This document shows positions 40,568 through 54,408 of a stretch of 64,000 nt of DNA, piece by piece. The stretch comes from Balanoglossus misakiensis (lineage: Eukaryota > Animalia > Hemichordata). Numbering within the stretch: position 1 is the first letter of the stretch; each line of letters starts with the position of its first letter. The stretch covers positions 8,266,425 through 8,330,424 of the forward strand of contig CM082582.2 in assembly GCA_040954595.2 (NCBI GenBank). The letters are read 5' to 3'. The notes beneath the pieces are model-generated. The model saw only the letters and a list, made by a program, of their open reading frames with translations. It searched no databases and was not told the DNA's origin. A program made the translations under genes and the position numbers.

Positions 40568-40666
40568 ATCATGATGATGATGATCATCATCATCATTGTC
40601 ATCATCATGATTATGATCTTCATGATGATGATGAAGATGATGACGATGATGATGATGATCATCATG
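40568..40666. repeat. Compound (ATG)n/(CAT)n microsatellite with alternating orientation
   Basis: Includes the perfect 26-bp palindrome atgatgatgatgatcatcatcatcat at 40571-40596. Confidence 0.92.
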
Positions 40667-43600
40667 GTCGTCACAGAAGCATGTTGTTTGGTCCAATGAG
40701 CAGGGAAGGTGCGTGTTAAAGTTCTATGTAAACAGAATATCTATTTACCATCATCTCTCAATTGACAAATGTTCAACCACCCACCATCCACCCACCCACC
40801 CATCCATTAGTTATTGTGTTTTTATAATGATAAAAAAAAAAACAGATTAAAGTCAACTTCAATGACAGCGCTCTAACATTGTATACACAGTGCAAGTTCA
40901 CTGATTTAGAATGTTCAAATACTGATACATTCGGACGGTTGAAATATGTAAATAAAAATACAAATAATAATTTTTCGTTTTGTACATCCTTTGTGGAAGC
41001 ATCAGTCACGCAAAAATATCCCATCAGTCAGAGTGAGCATTTCAGTTGGAAATTCATCCGGCAGCTGTAGTCAAGACTATGAAAACCAGAAAGCACATGG
41101 GACTGGGAAGGAAGCCGTCACTGATGGGTAATATGTTTTGTAACACAGGAAGACACAGATATGCCAAGAGTTTACAAGAAGATTACAGCAATTGATAGCC
41201 GGGGAAATGACACATGTCCATCAATCCATCACTCTTCCCGACATTCCGTTAATCTACGGCTTCAGAGACACACCGGAACGTTTGTTCCCACTTCCTGACA
41301 TTCAACCCGACCTTTCGACCCCACCGCGGTGTTTTTCGGCGACTCTCCACCAAAGATGCGGCCTCCTCCAATTGACTCCGTCTGACCCCTCAGCCGAAGA
41401 ATTCATCATTTTATTTTTGTTGGATGGAGGCAGTTAATAGACGATTGGCCTTGAGGTGAAGCCATATAATAAGATATATTTGACATTTGTGAGCTGCGTC
41501 ACCTTTCCTGGCAACTCCGCCTAATAGCCTCTCTCCAGGAAATAACCACTCACCGAAATGAACAGAAATAAGATCCACTTTTAACAACCCTCATTCCAGC
41601 AAAAAAAATAACGACAAACTTCCCACTAATCAATTTGGAAAAGAAAAAATTTATATTTCCAATAATTTGGTCGGAGTCGTTTCTCACAATTCCGAGCATT
41701 ATTTTTTTTACTGCCAAAGGAGAGGCATAAAAATGCAATCAATAGGAAATTTTCTCACCATTTTGGAATCGACTATTTTATCGGATATACGGGGGTGTCA
41801 CGTGCCTTCGCCGTCACTAAATGGCACTAATCGAGGCAAGGCAAAGGCCAACAGTAGTTAATTGAATTGGAAATCAAAAACAATGGATCTGTAATTGCTC
41901 CGAGCGCCCTCCCATCACAAGTAATCAAGGCCACCACTCAGACCTAAACCCAGAAGCTGTAATAAAAAGCCAGCCTCACCCCTGCACGTGAAAATTAACC
42001 ACTCCGCTCTCTGCGCAAATTTTTTTTTTTCATTAAACGAATAAAATCATTACAGAATACGTGAGAAATTCTAGTCAATAGTCACAATAATACTTTGTGA
42101 ATGCAGCGCAGCCCTTGGGGTCACACTGTCAGCTTCTCCAAGTCAAAAGACCCAATGAATCCAACACGTATTTCATTGTCATGCAAATAGCCTGAAAAGC
42201 TGAGAACAGCACAGCGGTGAAGAGTTGCCATATATACAATTTCAATGGCTCGTCCCCTAATATAGGTAATAAAAAAAACCCATCTATTCCGCAGAAGAAT
42301 CCAATTGTTGACTGTTTCCTCAAAATTTCTTAATAAGAGTAAAAATTCTGTAGATGCTACGGGAAAAAAAAACTGGAGGCCACTGTCCTGGGAGCCCATC
42401 TATTTCACAGCAATAAAAATTTTCCTAAGCGATTTTCACTTAGATAAAAAATATCCTGGGGGATAAAATTAACTGCCACCCATGTATTGATGTGATATAC
42501 TGTTATTACCTGGCAAAATGCACGGAAAATGATCAAAAGGCCACAGTTCACGGAATCTAGGTAGGACGGAACGAGTCTTCGTAAAAAATTGGCGGCGGAA
42601 ACTTCAAAGCTCTTGGGCCACAAGGAATTAAGAGAAACCAAAGATTTATAACCGTCTTAAAATATGGAAATATATACGGCCGGATGGTCTTGACAATATG
42701 GATGAGAGAAAAAAGATGACAAACACAAGCGTATAAAGGACAGGGTAGGTTGGAGTCGCCCGACTATTCATGGCCCGAAGAGAACATAGCTGCTACTGCC
42801 ATCATGCCTAGAAAATATTATTACAAAAATAAAATTCGAAGCTCTGCGATGCTAAATATAAAACCGCAAAACAATTTTGCCTGGTTGTTGAGGGTTGATT
42901 CCACAATACGGAGGAGTGCGCATTCTGTTTTCATCAGGATTTACACTGCAGCCTGGGTGATAATGGTGAGCAGCGAAAAAATGAATACCACACCGCACCC
43001 TTATCATGTCAAGCGTGTCCGACACACGATTCCTAATAAATGGCTTTGTATAAATAATCACTCAATGTTGACACAGAAATGACATGATTTCATTAGCTAC
43101 TGCATACATTACATTAAAAGGCAGCCTGTGTATCGCAGTGGAGGGGGGGGGGGTCGTTAACAGCAACAGAGAATCATCAGTTTTAGTCACAATTAATCAG
43201 TAGAAACTCATTATCCCATTTCTGTTAATGACCAAAGAGGCTGAATAGAATGAAAGTAGCTAATGAGAGATTAAACAAACCAAGGCGATAAGATGAGATC
43301 ACAGGATACTAGCACAAGGCAAAAGTAATTATTTCACAATTCGCCTTGACACTCACCGAAATCAGAAAATATTAGAATTTTCAACAACCTTATCGCGCCA
43401 GGTATTATCCAATCACACGATAATAAAAAAAAATCAATAAAATAGATGGCTTTGCTAAGTACAAGCAGTGTGGACAGGCAGTGGCTAAATACAAGCACAC
43501 AGCTGCTGATACACACACTGGCAAATGTACAAATGTTGCCGACACTGCCCTGTGGGGGCATTCAATTTTCTAAGTCCCCTATCACTGAGTGTGTACTCCC

Positions 43601-43824
43601 ATTACTTTTCAAAATATACAAGCTGTTTAAAGGCCATTTTCCCCGAGAATGGTGGGGGGAGATTTCGCTGATGATCAGCACGTAGATTTCTAAAGCGTAT
43701 AAAGTCTACTCGGTGTTGTTTAAAACGGCTTCAATGAACTCCGGAAAAAAAAATTAAATTCATATTTCTTTCTTATCAGTATTTCTATATGAATCATGAA
43801 TAATCATATTTTTTTTCACATTAC

Positions 43825-43915
43825 CTGGAGCCAGGAATGGTGGCAGGAACATGTAAGGTAGTCCGCTGGGTGGATTGTATATTCCCCCATTATTTAAAGC
43901 CATTCGATTATACAT
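43825..43915 (-). CDS. Candidate alternative first coding exon (MYNRMALNNGGIYNPPSGLPYMFLPPFLAP-G)
   Basis: In-frame ATGs at 43915, 43903 and 43852; strong donor CAG|gtaatg; phase 1 matches the acceptor at 30932. The end loosely resembles a recalled vertebrate Gse1 N-terminus (MFGLKPPLYYLPG). Confidence 0.5.
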
Positions 43916-46900
43916 CCAGCTTGTCAGCACGTTATTACATATGTACGTACGCGATTGCCGTTCATATAATATACACACTGGTCTCCTTACGTGCACCTCA
44001 GCGCACTACAGATTATCAATAGTTGTTTCAATTGAATCTCTTTTTCACTGTCTATTTAAATGCCCAGGCTAGGGCAACCTAATGAAGGTTACGCACGCGG
44101 GTGGGATTGAGTGCGCCGCTGCTATCACAGAGCTGACCTGCCCCCATTGACTTCTGCGGATATACAGTGCCAGCCACCAACACCTCTGCGGTAACACGAC
44201 CAGGGCCGCCTTCCCAATCAAATGTCTCGAATTCTTACAAGGGATATCAAGTCGACTGTACGCATGACCTGGCTATTATAGCCCCTGAACGTCTCCACAG
44301 GGGGGTCCTCACCCCCGGTCGTCACGACGCTGCCACCCCCCATCCAGGAATGGTACGGCCTGTCCGTCACAATCAAGCCTAAACCAACAGGCAGATGTTT
44401 TGCTTCCCAAGAGACAATAAGCCAGGATTGGCATGCTCTTCTAATCACATATTGTATAATATACCACACTACACGAATTGATCTTTCCTTAGTATCCCCC
44501 CACACATTTATTCCCAATTGTTGAAGCACCAAATTTAGGCTAATGAAATTTAAATAGGCAAGCATTAATTTCCAGCGTCAGATATGAAAAAAAAAATGTC
44601 GGGCGGGCACTTCCCACTTATAATTTCAAAACATCCTCCCTGTGCATACCATTCCATGGTTCAGGCTTCACTGATCCGATATTTATACCCTCGGTAACAT
44701 GAAATATCACCTTTATTGTGTTAAATGCCATTTGATAGGCAGATAGATACTAGTCATTACTGAGGAATTCCCAGTATTTGTCATGGAGACGCGAGACGTC
44801 AGACCAGGAGGCCTCTCTCTCCCCAGTTCTGTCCTTGTGTGTTTACTCCTGTCAGTATTTGCTTAGACTTGCAGCTATTTCAAAGGACAAATCAAGATCA
44901 ATTATTTGCGGAAGGCATTGTGGATGAAGTGCCCCATGTTGCTGCACCACATGACCTCAGATATAAATATTCAAATGAGGGACGGCCCATTCTATTCACG
45001 TAGGGGTGTCAGTCTCAGTACGCGAGGCGCAGAAACATTGTCCCGTACTCCGCATCTAAAACTGTTTCTTTGTTCATAGATAACAGGCGTTTCGCATGCA
45101 ATGATTTTAACATCGCCATACTGTAAAACTTAAAAGACATTTCTTCCATTTTTAAAATAAAAATTTGCATGATTTTTTCCCGGATAATTTCACCGTTGAT
45201 CCTCATTCATATCAGGTTTCAATGCCGATTCTGACATCATCCTACTGGATCAGGGTCTGACAAAAGTAAAAGACTCTGAAATGAATGCTCTCAGTAGCAA
45301 TTACAACCACTTTACAAAATGGACAATACAGTCACTTCTAATTACATAAACCACCTAGCTAAGCGTGGATGACACGGCCAGCTGAACAGCTCAATCCACA
45401 GTTCATCAGAAATAACACCGCCACAATTGATCATCTGCTAAATATTTTTATCTATCGACTTAGCATGTTTGTGCGCCGGCTGATAGGATGGTCTACATCC
45501 ACCTTTTGATCAGTACAATCAATTATTGTCTCAAAGGCACCTTTATATTTCCTATTCGGTACTTTCGAAGTCTGTTTTAAAAGCAAAATTTGTGGCTGTT
45601 CATAGCCTGTCTCAAATCGTACTGGGGGCAGGTCACAACTTCTGATAAACTAACTCCTAACTGGCAAACAGTGCCGACATTTACATGGTCTATTACACCG
45701 ATCAATACTTCTTTTCACTCGGACTAAAGGGGGTGACCATGAACCACTGAGCTCTGCTGGATGTGTGCAATCATGTATGCAAATCTAGCCACAGTTGCCA
45801 TGGAAAGTGGAGAATCTAGCCAGTAATAGATTGTCGTTTGGGTGGCCGCACAAATAAAAGTGCTCCACAGTCCACCATATGGCAGTGTGAAGAATTAAAC
45901 ACTATCTGTCAGCCGTAAACGGCCATTATGTAAATTAGGAGCGTTTTTGTCCCTTTATAGGTAAGTGTGAGGTTGGGAGTGCCTTGTGACCTCTTGACCT
46001 TTCACCTCTGAACGGACAGTGTCCTCCAAATGAAGTAGACCATGTGTTACCTGGGCATATAAGATGCGTTTCAAATCATAACAATCACCTGACTGCTGAC
46101 CTGCGTATGAATGGAGGAGGATCATTTATCCCCCCCCCCCCCCATCACTCCACAACTTTACTTCATTCACTGTCCCTATTGCACGGGGATGAAAGTTTTC
46201 TTTCATACAATCATCAATCACAGAGAGAATTCTATCACCGCTCAGGTCACTACAAGCTAAAAATGGAACCTTGGTCAATGGAAAGGCTAACACTTTTTTT
46301 GTTGTTGTAAATCCTGTTGCATCTGCATGTCGTTTATCTTAGCGGAGGCAGCAGGTGGGGGACATCTCGTTCAATGGACTTGTTGCACTACACCGGGTGA
46401 TGTACACGCACTGGGTGCCAGTAACCAGTTATCGATCGTTGCGGGAACCAAACACAGAGGGAGGAACATCAATCACCATGGTTACACCGCAGATGGGGGT
46501 TGGCCTCAGTTGATGCAATGGCAGATTACACCACACCAGTTCACCAAACATCAACAACAATATAGATTCCAACCCCTCTCGCAATCACAGCCACCCCCCC
46601 CCCTTATGTGTTGTGCTCCAAACAAGTGACATAAATTTCCACCTAACATATTTTTTATAAGCCCTGTATGGATGCGTTTAAACGGAATTTAACGCGATAC
46701 ACAAAGACATAAATTTTATCTACAACATTCAAGCCACAGCTAATTTGTCTTCCTACAGCATAAAACGTAATAACTGTTATCAGATAAGATTGTTTTGCTT
46801 GCCAACTGCTATACATTGATCTTATACATTTCTGATCAATTCATCCTTTTTATCTGAGATGCAATTTTCGTGATGTTGCCAAATTCTGATATGTCCATAA

Positions 46901-47212
46901 ATTAAGTGATTGCAATTTTCCCCCCTGGAATACAGAAATGACGCAAACACGCAATTACTTTTTCTTAAATCAGTAAGCAAAACTGGCGCTAAATTAATAA
47001 TTTACTCCCAACGAGTGTAATTTGACCTTTACAAAGTCTGTTTTTTTCTTCTTCATCTCTGATGATTGACAACACCATGGAAATATTACCGCTGGCGTCG
47101 CAAGATGATCGACTATGTTTAAGTATTTATGTACATCTCTGCTGCATTGCTTGGTGCACAGTTACAAGTGCTTGGTGGGAAAACCCTGGGAATTCAATAC
47201 AATCTCAACCAT

Positions 47213-47477
47213 TTAACCCTTTCAACACCATAGTCAACTTGTCATCTTCCAAAAAATAAACCTGCATCATTTTTTCGGTATTTTTTCTCAAATTTTGATT
47301 AAGACTTGAAGACAATGGAAAATGATGTCAAGTTGGTCTAAAATTAAAGAAAATCTTTGAGAAAAAATACCGAAAAAATGATTAAATGTTGCACCACATT
47401 GTGACAGAGAAAAATGTCTCTCTTGTCTGCACATTTTTTTACGCCACATATTCACACTCTGAATTGACTGTGGTTAA
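47213..47477. mobile_element. TTAA-bounded foldback MITE (piggyBac-like end)
   Basis: Starts TTAACCCTTT and ends ggTTAA. Outer arms accatagtcaa (47227-47237) and ttgactgtggt (47464-47474) match 10/11. Perfect internal 27-bp inverted repeat at 47266-47292 and 47356-47382. Confidence 0.6.
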
Positions 47478-50400
47478 ATAAAGAAACCGTCTTAAAAATC
47501 GGTTCACCAGCAATTATGCTAATGTCCTTTTCACTTAAAAAGAATTCCTGGCAGACTGTTTGTCTTTCTGCTGACAAGGTGTTGACAAGGGACCCACTAA
47601 TATGAAACGCATGGCAGCATTGACAAACTACCTGTAGACAAGGCGTATAAATTGATCCCTAACACTCTGTTGATTAACTCAATGACTTGATTGCTTAACC
47701 CTGCCAACACAATTTCCTTGACCCTAAGACTTGCGGCTGTGGTATCGCTTTACACAATACGCTGCGCACAAGACTGCCAGTCCTCAAAGGCGATGATCAA
47801 ACAACTGATGGATAAAATAAGAAAGTGAGTTTGGTAGATGTCAAGTACTTATATCAAAGGTTTCAAAACATCCCACAGACTGAATCTGTAGAATCTTTAT
47901 AGAAAATTATATGTGGCAGAATAAATCGTTTTTATTTCGACATAAAAATGAATTGGACCTTGGTGTTGATAGAAAGCCCCAACACAAAGCGTTGTCATGA
48001 GAACGAGGCGTTTTTGCGTGTTTTGTCAACCAGACTGAAACCGACCTCACATCAATCCAGTATAAGAAATATGAATGGATGTCAAAGGAGCTTACAGAGT
48101 CAGGCTCTCTAATTGACAGTGACCCCAAGCAGAGCTATTCGCCTGAATGAAAATGTCTTCTTTCATAATGCGACACCTTTGAACATGGAATTTGGAAGGG
48201 ATATGGTTGAACCAGAACTGCTCTGTAGGAAATCATGAAGTTGAACATTTCATGGTTACTCCGATTGGACATATGTAAATGAGACTGGGATCTGTACTGC
48301 CTGATTGGATTAGAAATGATATATGCTAATGAGGAAGGGGGCTGCAGCATTTGATTGGGTTAGCTTGAAGATTAGCTATAATACATGATGTCTGATTGGA
48401 TCATGACTGGCCCTATGAAAGAATGCTTGTGATGCAAAACCCATCAAAAGTATTACCTATTTGTATACTGATTTGCTTATTGTTTTATCTTTGCACTTAA
48501 TTTTCATGGAAACAAATCACTGACAAAGACATGGATCATGCTGGATTAAAATGTGTCTGGGGATGTCTGAGGCTTCAGGCAGACACATGCACGTACAGAG
48601 CCCAATCTGTACACCCCCAGACTATAGGTCTGCGAGGACTAAAAATTATATCACCACACCACTTTGAATTCACTACTTTCAGCTTGACAAATTGCCGAAA
48701 ACAAACATGTACAGGAAATGGCAGATATTTCACTTTATAAAACGACATACAACGATTTAATAGTGCAGATATTTCAGTTCACGACGTTCTGCATGGCTGG
48801 TAACTGGTATGCAGCATTTTACCCATTTATGTGAAATTTCTTATTTACGGTTCCATCCTCTGTTTTTATTGAGGTCTTCATTTAAAGCTGCCCGCAACCA
48901 GCTGGTGGGACATCTTTCCCATCGGCAGTAACAGCCAGCAAAAATACAGCGTACACTTAACTTTAAACGTGCAACAAAAAATAAACCCTGTCTGACACCT
49001 TCTGTTTGAGATGATGGTTTTAATTCGTAATGGTGAGGACCGCACATTCAAAGTTGTTTAGTCACTTGTCTTTTTCCACTTGTTACAATTTGCTACCTGT
49101 TACCATACGCCGATGTCAAAGGTCACGGCAGCTGTGACTGATGGGAGCATTGTCATGGAAAGGGTGAGCGTGCACAAACATACAACGTGTCCTACAAACT
49201 ATTTTACGCTCTACGCTGACCGCACTGGATTGTTCAGACAATACGGCACTGTAAATGCATCTATTCAGGTTTTAATACATTTCATGAGAGCGTGAGCCAT
49301 AAATAGGTGATTTGAACAGCAACAACCAGATGTTGCTATGTATGGAGGAGGGTTCAGGAGACTGGCAGTCACATTTGCGGAATCCTGGCCAAACCTGGCC
49401 TCTAGAGTGTGCTGTTTCTAACTCATCTGGAGAACAATGAGGACCAATTATTGGTCACCGTTTGTAAATCTATTTACATATGTCTTTTATCATGATATTA
49501 AGGCATATTTTCTCTACAAATGATTAGATGGTTCTTACTGAGATATTTACAAATATTGTTTTCCTTTGCAAATGTTGTCTACTATTAAGAGTGAGAGAAT
49601 TCACAGAATTTGAATGGCACTTGTTGGAATTTATCTCTAACAGCCCATTAAAAGGAAAACAAAATTAAATGTAAATGGTTTTGGATGAGGGACTATTTCA
49701 AAATGTAGATAAATCAAATTTGCATTGTAAACAAAGTATTTATAACCTAAATGTAATTCCAAATACATTACTTTCCTTGGGGTTTAAAAATAAACATTAA
49801 TTAACTTTTTCGCTTGATGGAAATCAAACACACAGCAAAAATTTAATTGTCCAGGTATAAATTCATAGAAAGCTGAGTTTTTTTATTTATCGGAAATAAC
49901 GTGACTCGGGGAGGATAATTGTGTACAATATGGCACGTTAGCATGTCTAGACAACATTTCAATGTCACCCAGCAAATTTCACTGAAACAATAGACTCGCG
50001 TGTGTGTGTGAGTGTGTTGGCTGACTGTTTGTCTTTGCTTAGAGCTCTATTCGAAACTGACTTGTAAAAAGAAAAGGGTATCTGTGAGCTGTTGGGCTCT
50101 TGCGGGCAGCGATGCGTCCCGCAACACCACCACGGAATGCGAGTGAATGGAAGTGTGGCAACCATGTTTCTTGTCACCCAGCTTTTTCAACACAACACAA
50201 CAGACCGACGCAAAAGCTGAGGGTGGCGGTGTGCCTATAGTTCTATATTAATCGCAGAGTACCAGAGAGTGCATGTGATAACTAGTTTTGTTCGATTGCT
50301 TGTACAAGCCTGTCACCCACCAGTCCTTCTGGTGCAACACGAGAGCAAAAGAACTCCATCAGGAGCGGTCGCTCAGACATGTCCGAGCAAATCACCGGGT

Positions 50401-51188
50401 ATTTTCACTCCTCCATGGACAAAGCCCGGAATACGGAGAGATAAATGGGCTTCCGCAACCCCGTCCCATACAAAACATCCATTACTCGGATATGCATGGA
50501 CGGATTGCATTCAAAGTTGTTAAAGGGGACGTCTATATACGCACCACCTCTATGCTTGAGTCAAAAGTGATGGATTGGAAATCTCTCTAAACTTCTCCTG
50601 AAAACATTCTGAGGTCTCATTACTAAATGAATCGCATGACCCAAAACATACTCTGCCATTTGCATCTATGTTTTGATCTCTTGTCTGTTGGCTGGCTACT
50701 TTTGATGAGCGAAACCTTGATTCCTCAGAAAACTCAAGTGTGGCATCCGCTGGTTGCCAATGGAAACAGAGGAATATACACATCTTGCAAGAGGCACTGG
50801 ACACGCATAAGTGATACAGTTCGTAATATCCAAAATGTGTGTTGTCTTAATATCAAATTGAAATGTGAACTCGCGGTACCATGTGCTCTGACCTGTTGGT
50901 CGGTATGGTAACATTCAATCAATGCTAACAACAGGAGAACTATCTGGTGGCTCAGGTAACAGAACCACGGGAATTGCCTGATATCAATCAGGACCACTAC
51001 ATAAAAGACTAGAAACTCGATTTCCATTCCATTCCTACGAACGTGTTCATTCAAGCGCGTGATGTAATGAACTTGCCCATCAATTACATCCCAAAGTCAC
51101 TCTAGCATGCCGCGAAGAGTGAAACATTGAATCTTTTCATTTGTAGATTCACCACACTTGGCATGTGTGTCAATGCGTGTGTATGTCT

Positions 51189-51211
51189 GTGTGTGTGTGT
51201 GTGTGTGTGTG
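51189..51211. repeat. (TG)n microsatellite
   Basis: Directly visible dinucleotide run. Confidence 0.9.
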
Positions 51212-53548
51212 ACCTAGAGAGACAAACAGAGGGAGAGAGTAAGAGTGTGTACATGCACGCTTCTCTGTGTGTCTATATTTATCTGTGAGTACAGTAATGA
51301 CCCGAGTTTCCTAAATCCTACATCCTGTTCAGTAGATACTTATAAGCCTTAAATCTGAACTCATTTATTGAAGTTCACGCAGAACGAAATAAGGCACAAC
51401 ACAGAGAGGACAGGATATTAATGCTATAAGAGGTGGAGTACACCTTCTTGAGTAGACACTATTAAGGATGTCATATTCACTTGAGGCAGTCGCAGGGAGG
51501 CCTGTAATCTCCTCAGATGGTACATCTTACGCTGCATTAAGCCGCATGCTGGTATTATAGAATTCTCTGATTTGTATGAAACTTTAACAGGACTAGAGCC
51601 ATGGGGATGTTTTCATAATCCCATGAAGACCCCAGCAAGAGCGATAGAAGAAAAACACTGCCTGGTTAAATGGCGCCCTGAATATAATAACAGTGCGACA
51701 TTCTACAGAAAGCGTTAACATCTTAACATCTTTCACTCCACACAGATGCAGTCCCAATGTTTTTTCACAGTCAAAAGCTGTTGGAATAATATTTCTTTTC
51801 TGTATAAAGGAATAGAAGTCGGCTTTTAATCAGATCACGTCACGGGGTACCCCCAAAACCTCCACGACATCCTTTTTAACCATTCCACATCCATTGAAAT
51901 CCCGGGGATTAGCGTCTGCAGCCTTAGAATAAGGGATAAACAGAGCGAAAACACGGGCAGGATCTTTTTTTTTCTTCTTCCTCTTGACTGACTTCGTCAC
52001 TGCATGCTATATACCCACCCATCAATTGACCTTTACACATTTTACAGTGATTAACACTTCTTTGAGATGCTTGTGGGAAGCTACTTCAGCCCATTCAACG
52101 CTGTAATCTGACGTGCTCCAGCTTTGAAAGGGATTTACGCTCAGAACGTGCTCCTCTCCGCATCCCACACAACGCACCGCTAGTCAGCTCCTCACGATTC
52201 ACATATCCCATCACAATGGAGCGCTGCCGCTTATAGTCGGGGGGCATCTTCTCTGTGTTCCTATAGAACATGCCTTCAATTAACGCGAGATGCAATTTCA
52301 ACTGCTTGTTAAAACGAAGCAGAAATGTAATAAAAAACCCGGGTGATAGCAGATAGGGACATTCATAGCGCTCCAAAACAGACCTGACATCCAGATCTGC
52401 ACAATCGACTTTCCACAGAGGTTATAACCAGAGAAGAGTTTCAAATATCTCTGATTATCTCTCCCCTCTCACAATGCACTTTAATGTCATTCACGTGCAT
52501 CGATCACAATCTGGATTATTCTACTTGTCCCTTGGTCACATCATGGTTAACATGATGTCTTCTCAAAGAGGAAGCGCTTTATAAAAGGATTTTCTCTATT
52601 CCAGTCAAGAATATGAGATTTACACTGAATGCTGACTTAACACTGCATGGTACGTTCTCAAAGATCTTGAGATATGTTATTTATCACGGTAACAGTACAT
52701 CTAGAATTCAAAGCTCCAGCCAGATGTTACATTTTTCCTTTTTTTTTTAAATCTTTCCTTACGCCATCTCTTTGAAGTCACTTTTAACTTTCTCTGAGAA
52801 ATCATTTTGAAGATGTACAGTGATTGCACTCTCTACATGAATTGGACCTATTTTTTGTGGTCATCATTTTTTTTATGAGTCAACAATTTGTTCTAATCCT
52901 TGAAAGTATTTATCTTGTCAACTGAACATGCAAATGGAGCATTGTATCGCTGCCAAATTAAATTGAAATCGAAGCTAAATATGTTCTATCGCCAATAACA
53001 ATAATCTGCCCCCAGGTCTTGCATCCTACTCTCTCCCCTGGATCTGAATTTTTTGAAAAAAAAGTGCTAATGCACTCTCTCCCTTCACAATTCTCAGAAT
53101 CTATGGTTCTCGGTTTCCTCAGAGGTGAAAAAATAGAAGAGTTGTTCGAGGCAAGATTTTTAATGATGATGCTAAAAGCCAGGGCTCCATTTCATGGCTC
53201 GTACCAGGCATAAAAACACATCTTCTGGGGTTACCGTACACAAATACAATAGTGGTGATAGAAGTCGGCTTCATAGTTGTAAGAGCAAGATAACAAAACA
53301 CCCACTGCAAATGATCAGAATGAGCTTTTTTCAAGTTGACCATTTTCTGACTCCACGAGACTTTGCGAGATCTGGCAGTTTATATCAATGAACCACTAAT
53401 CAATAATATGAAACATTCACATCATAAAACTCTAATCAATATGATAAGTTTTGATTATTATCTAATCCTAGACAACTATTAGAACTACCAGAATGCCAAT
53501 ACAGGAAACAAGGTACAGCACCAAGTTACATGCATGAAGTTCATAGGT

Positions 53549-53584
53549 TTGATTGATTGATTGATTGATTGATTGACTGACTGA
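53549..53584. repeat. (TTGA)n(CTGA)n microsatellite
   Basis: Directly visible tetranucleotide run. Confidence 0.9.
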
Positions 53585-54249
53585 CCGACTAAAAATTCTA
53601 AGAGATGAATAACTTTCCTTTATATGTTTCTGATGTCATGATTCAATATTTATCAATCATCTGTGACTAAGGTTTTTCATGCTTATCAACTGTGATTCAC
53701 ACCAATTTACAAAGCCAGTCACGACTTTCTAAAATTGAATAAGCAGGACAATCGATTGGAAATCTCCTCTGGGAGCAGGTATCACTCAGATCAGATGCAC
53801 ACTCTCCCTGGTCAGTAAATATAGCTCAACCAGCATCTGCTATACTAAAATATCCCTATGCAGGACACTCACAAACATTTTATTATCTTTGGGCAACATT
53901 TTTGTTTCACATCATATAAGACTACTGATAAAATTGTTGAGATGAAAATCCAGCCCTGTCATTATGCATATTCGACACAGTGTCAACCAAGGTTATATGA
54001 TGTTTAATGAATAACAGACATATCCAACCAGCCCAAAGAGGGCACTATTCTGCCAAGGAAATAGGTCAATGATGAATGAAAATTGTATTTCCGTGTCTGA
54101 TCTTAATATCAGCGCTGGCTGGATTATGAGAAATAAATAAAAAAAAACATGCAATCCTTGAAATAGTTTCACATTGTTTTGAACCAAAGGATGGTAATAT
54201 TTTAAAACCACCTGTTGACTGCAATTATTGTAATAACAGAGCATTGGGA

Positions 54250-54408
54250 CTCCTTCTCTTTCTCCCCCATTCCTGGGCCCTCATTCGCCCCTCTCTCCTC
54301 CCTCCCACTCCTCTCTCTTGCTCTCTCTTATCACCCTCTCCCCTTCTCTCCTCCCTCCCAGGCCTCCCTTCCCTCGTATCGCCCTCTCTCCCACTCTCTC
54401 TCTCTCTT
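54250..54408. repeat. Low-complexity C/T-rich polypyrimidine tract
   Basis: About 160 bp of predominantly C and T on the + strand. Confidence 0.8.

Noticed and set aside
40502-40696. His/Asp-rich 64-aa ORF
   Set aside because: It is a translation of the ATG/CAT microsatellite, with a non-ATG start and no splice support.
43355-43561. Another phase-1 ATG-to-donor candidate (TTCG|gtgagt)
   Set aside because: The peptide looks like translated AT-rich intron. Such donor/ATG pairs are expected by chance in 27 kb, a caveat that also applies to the 34957 candidate.
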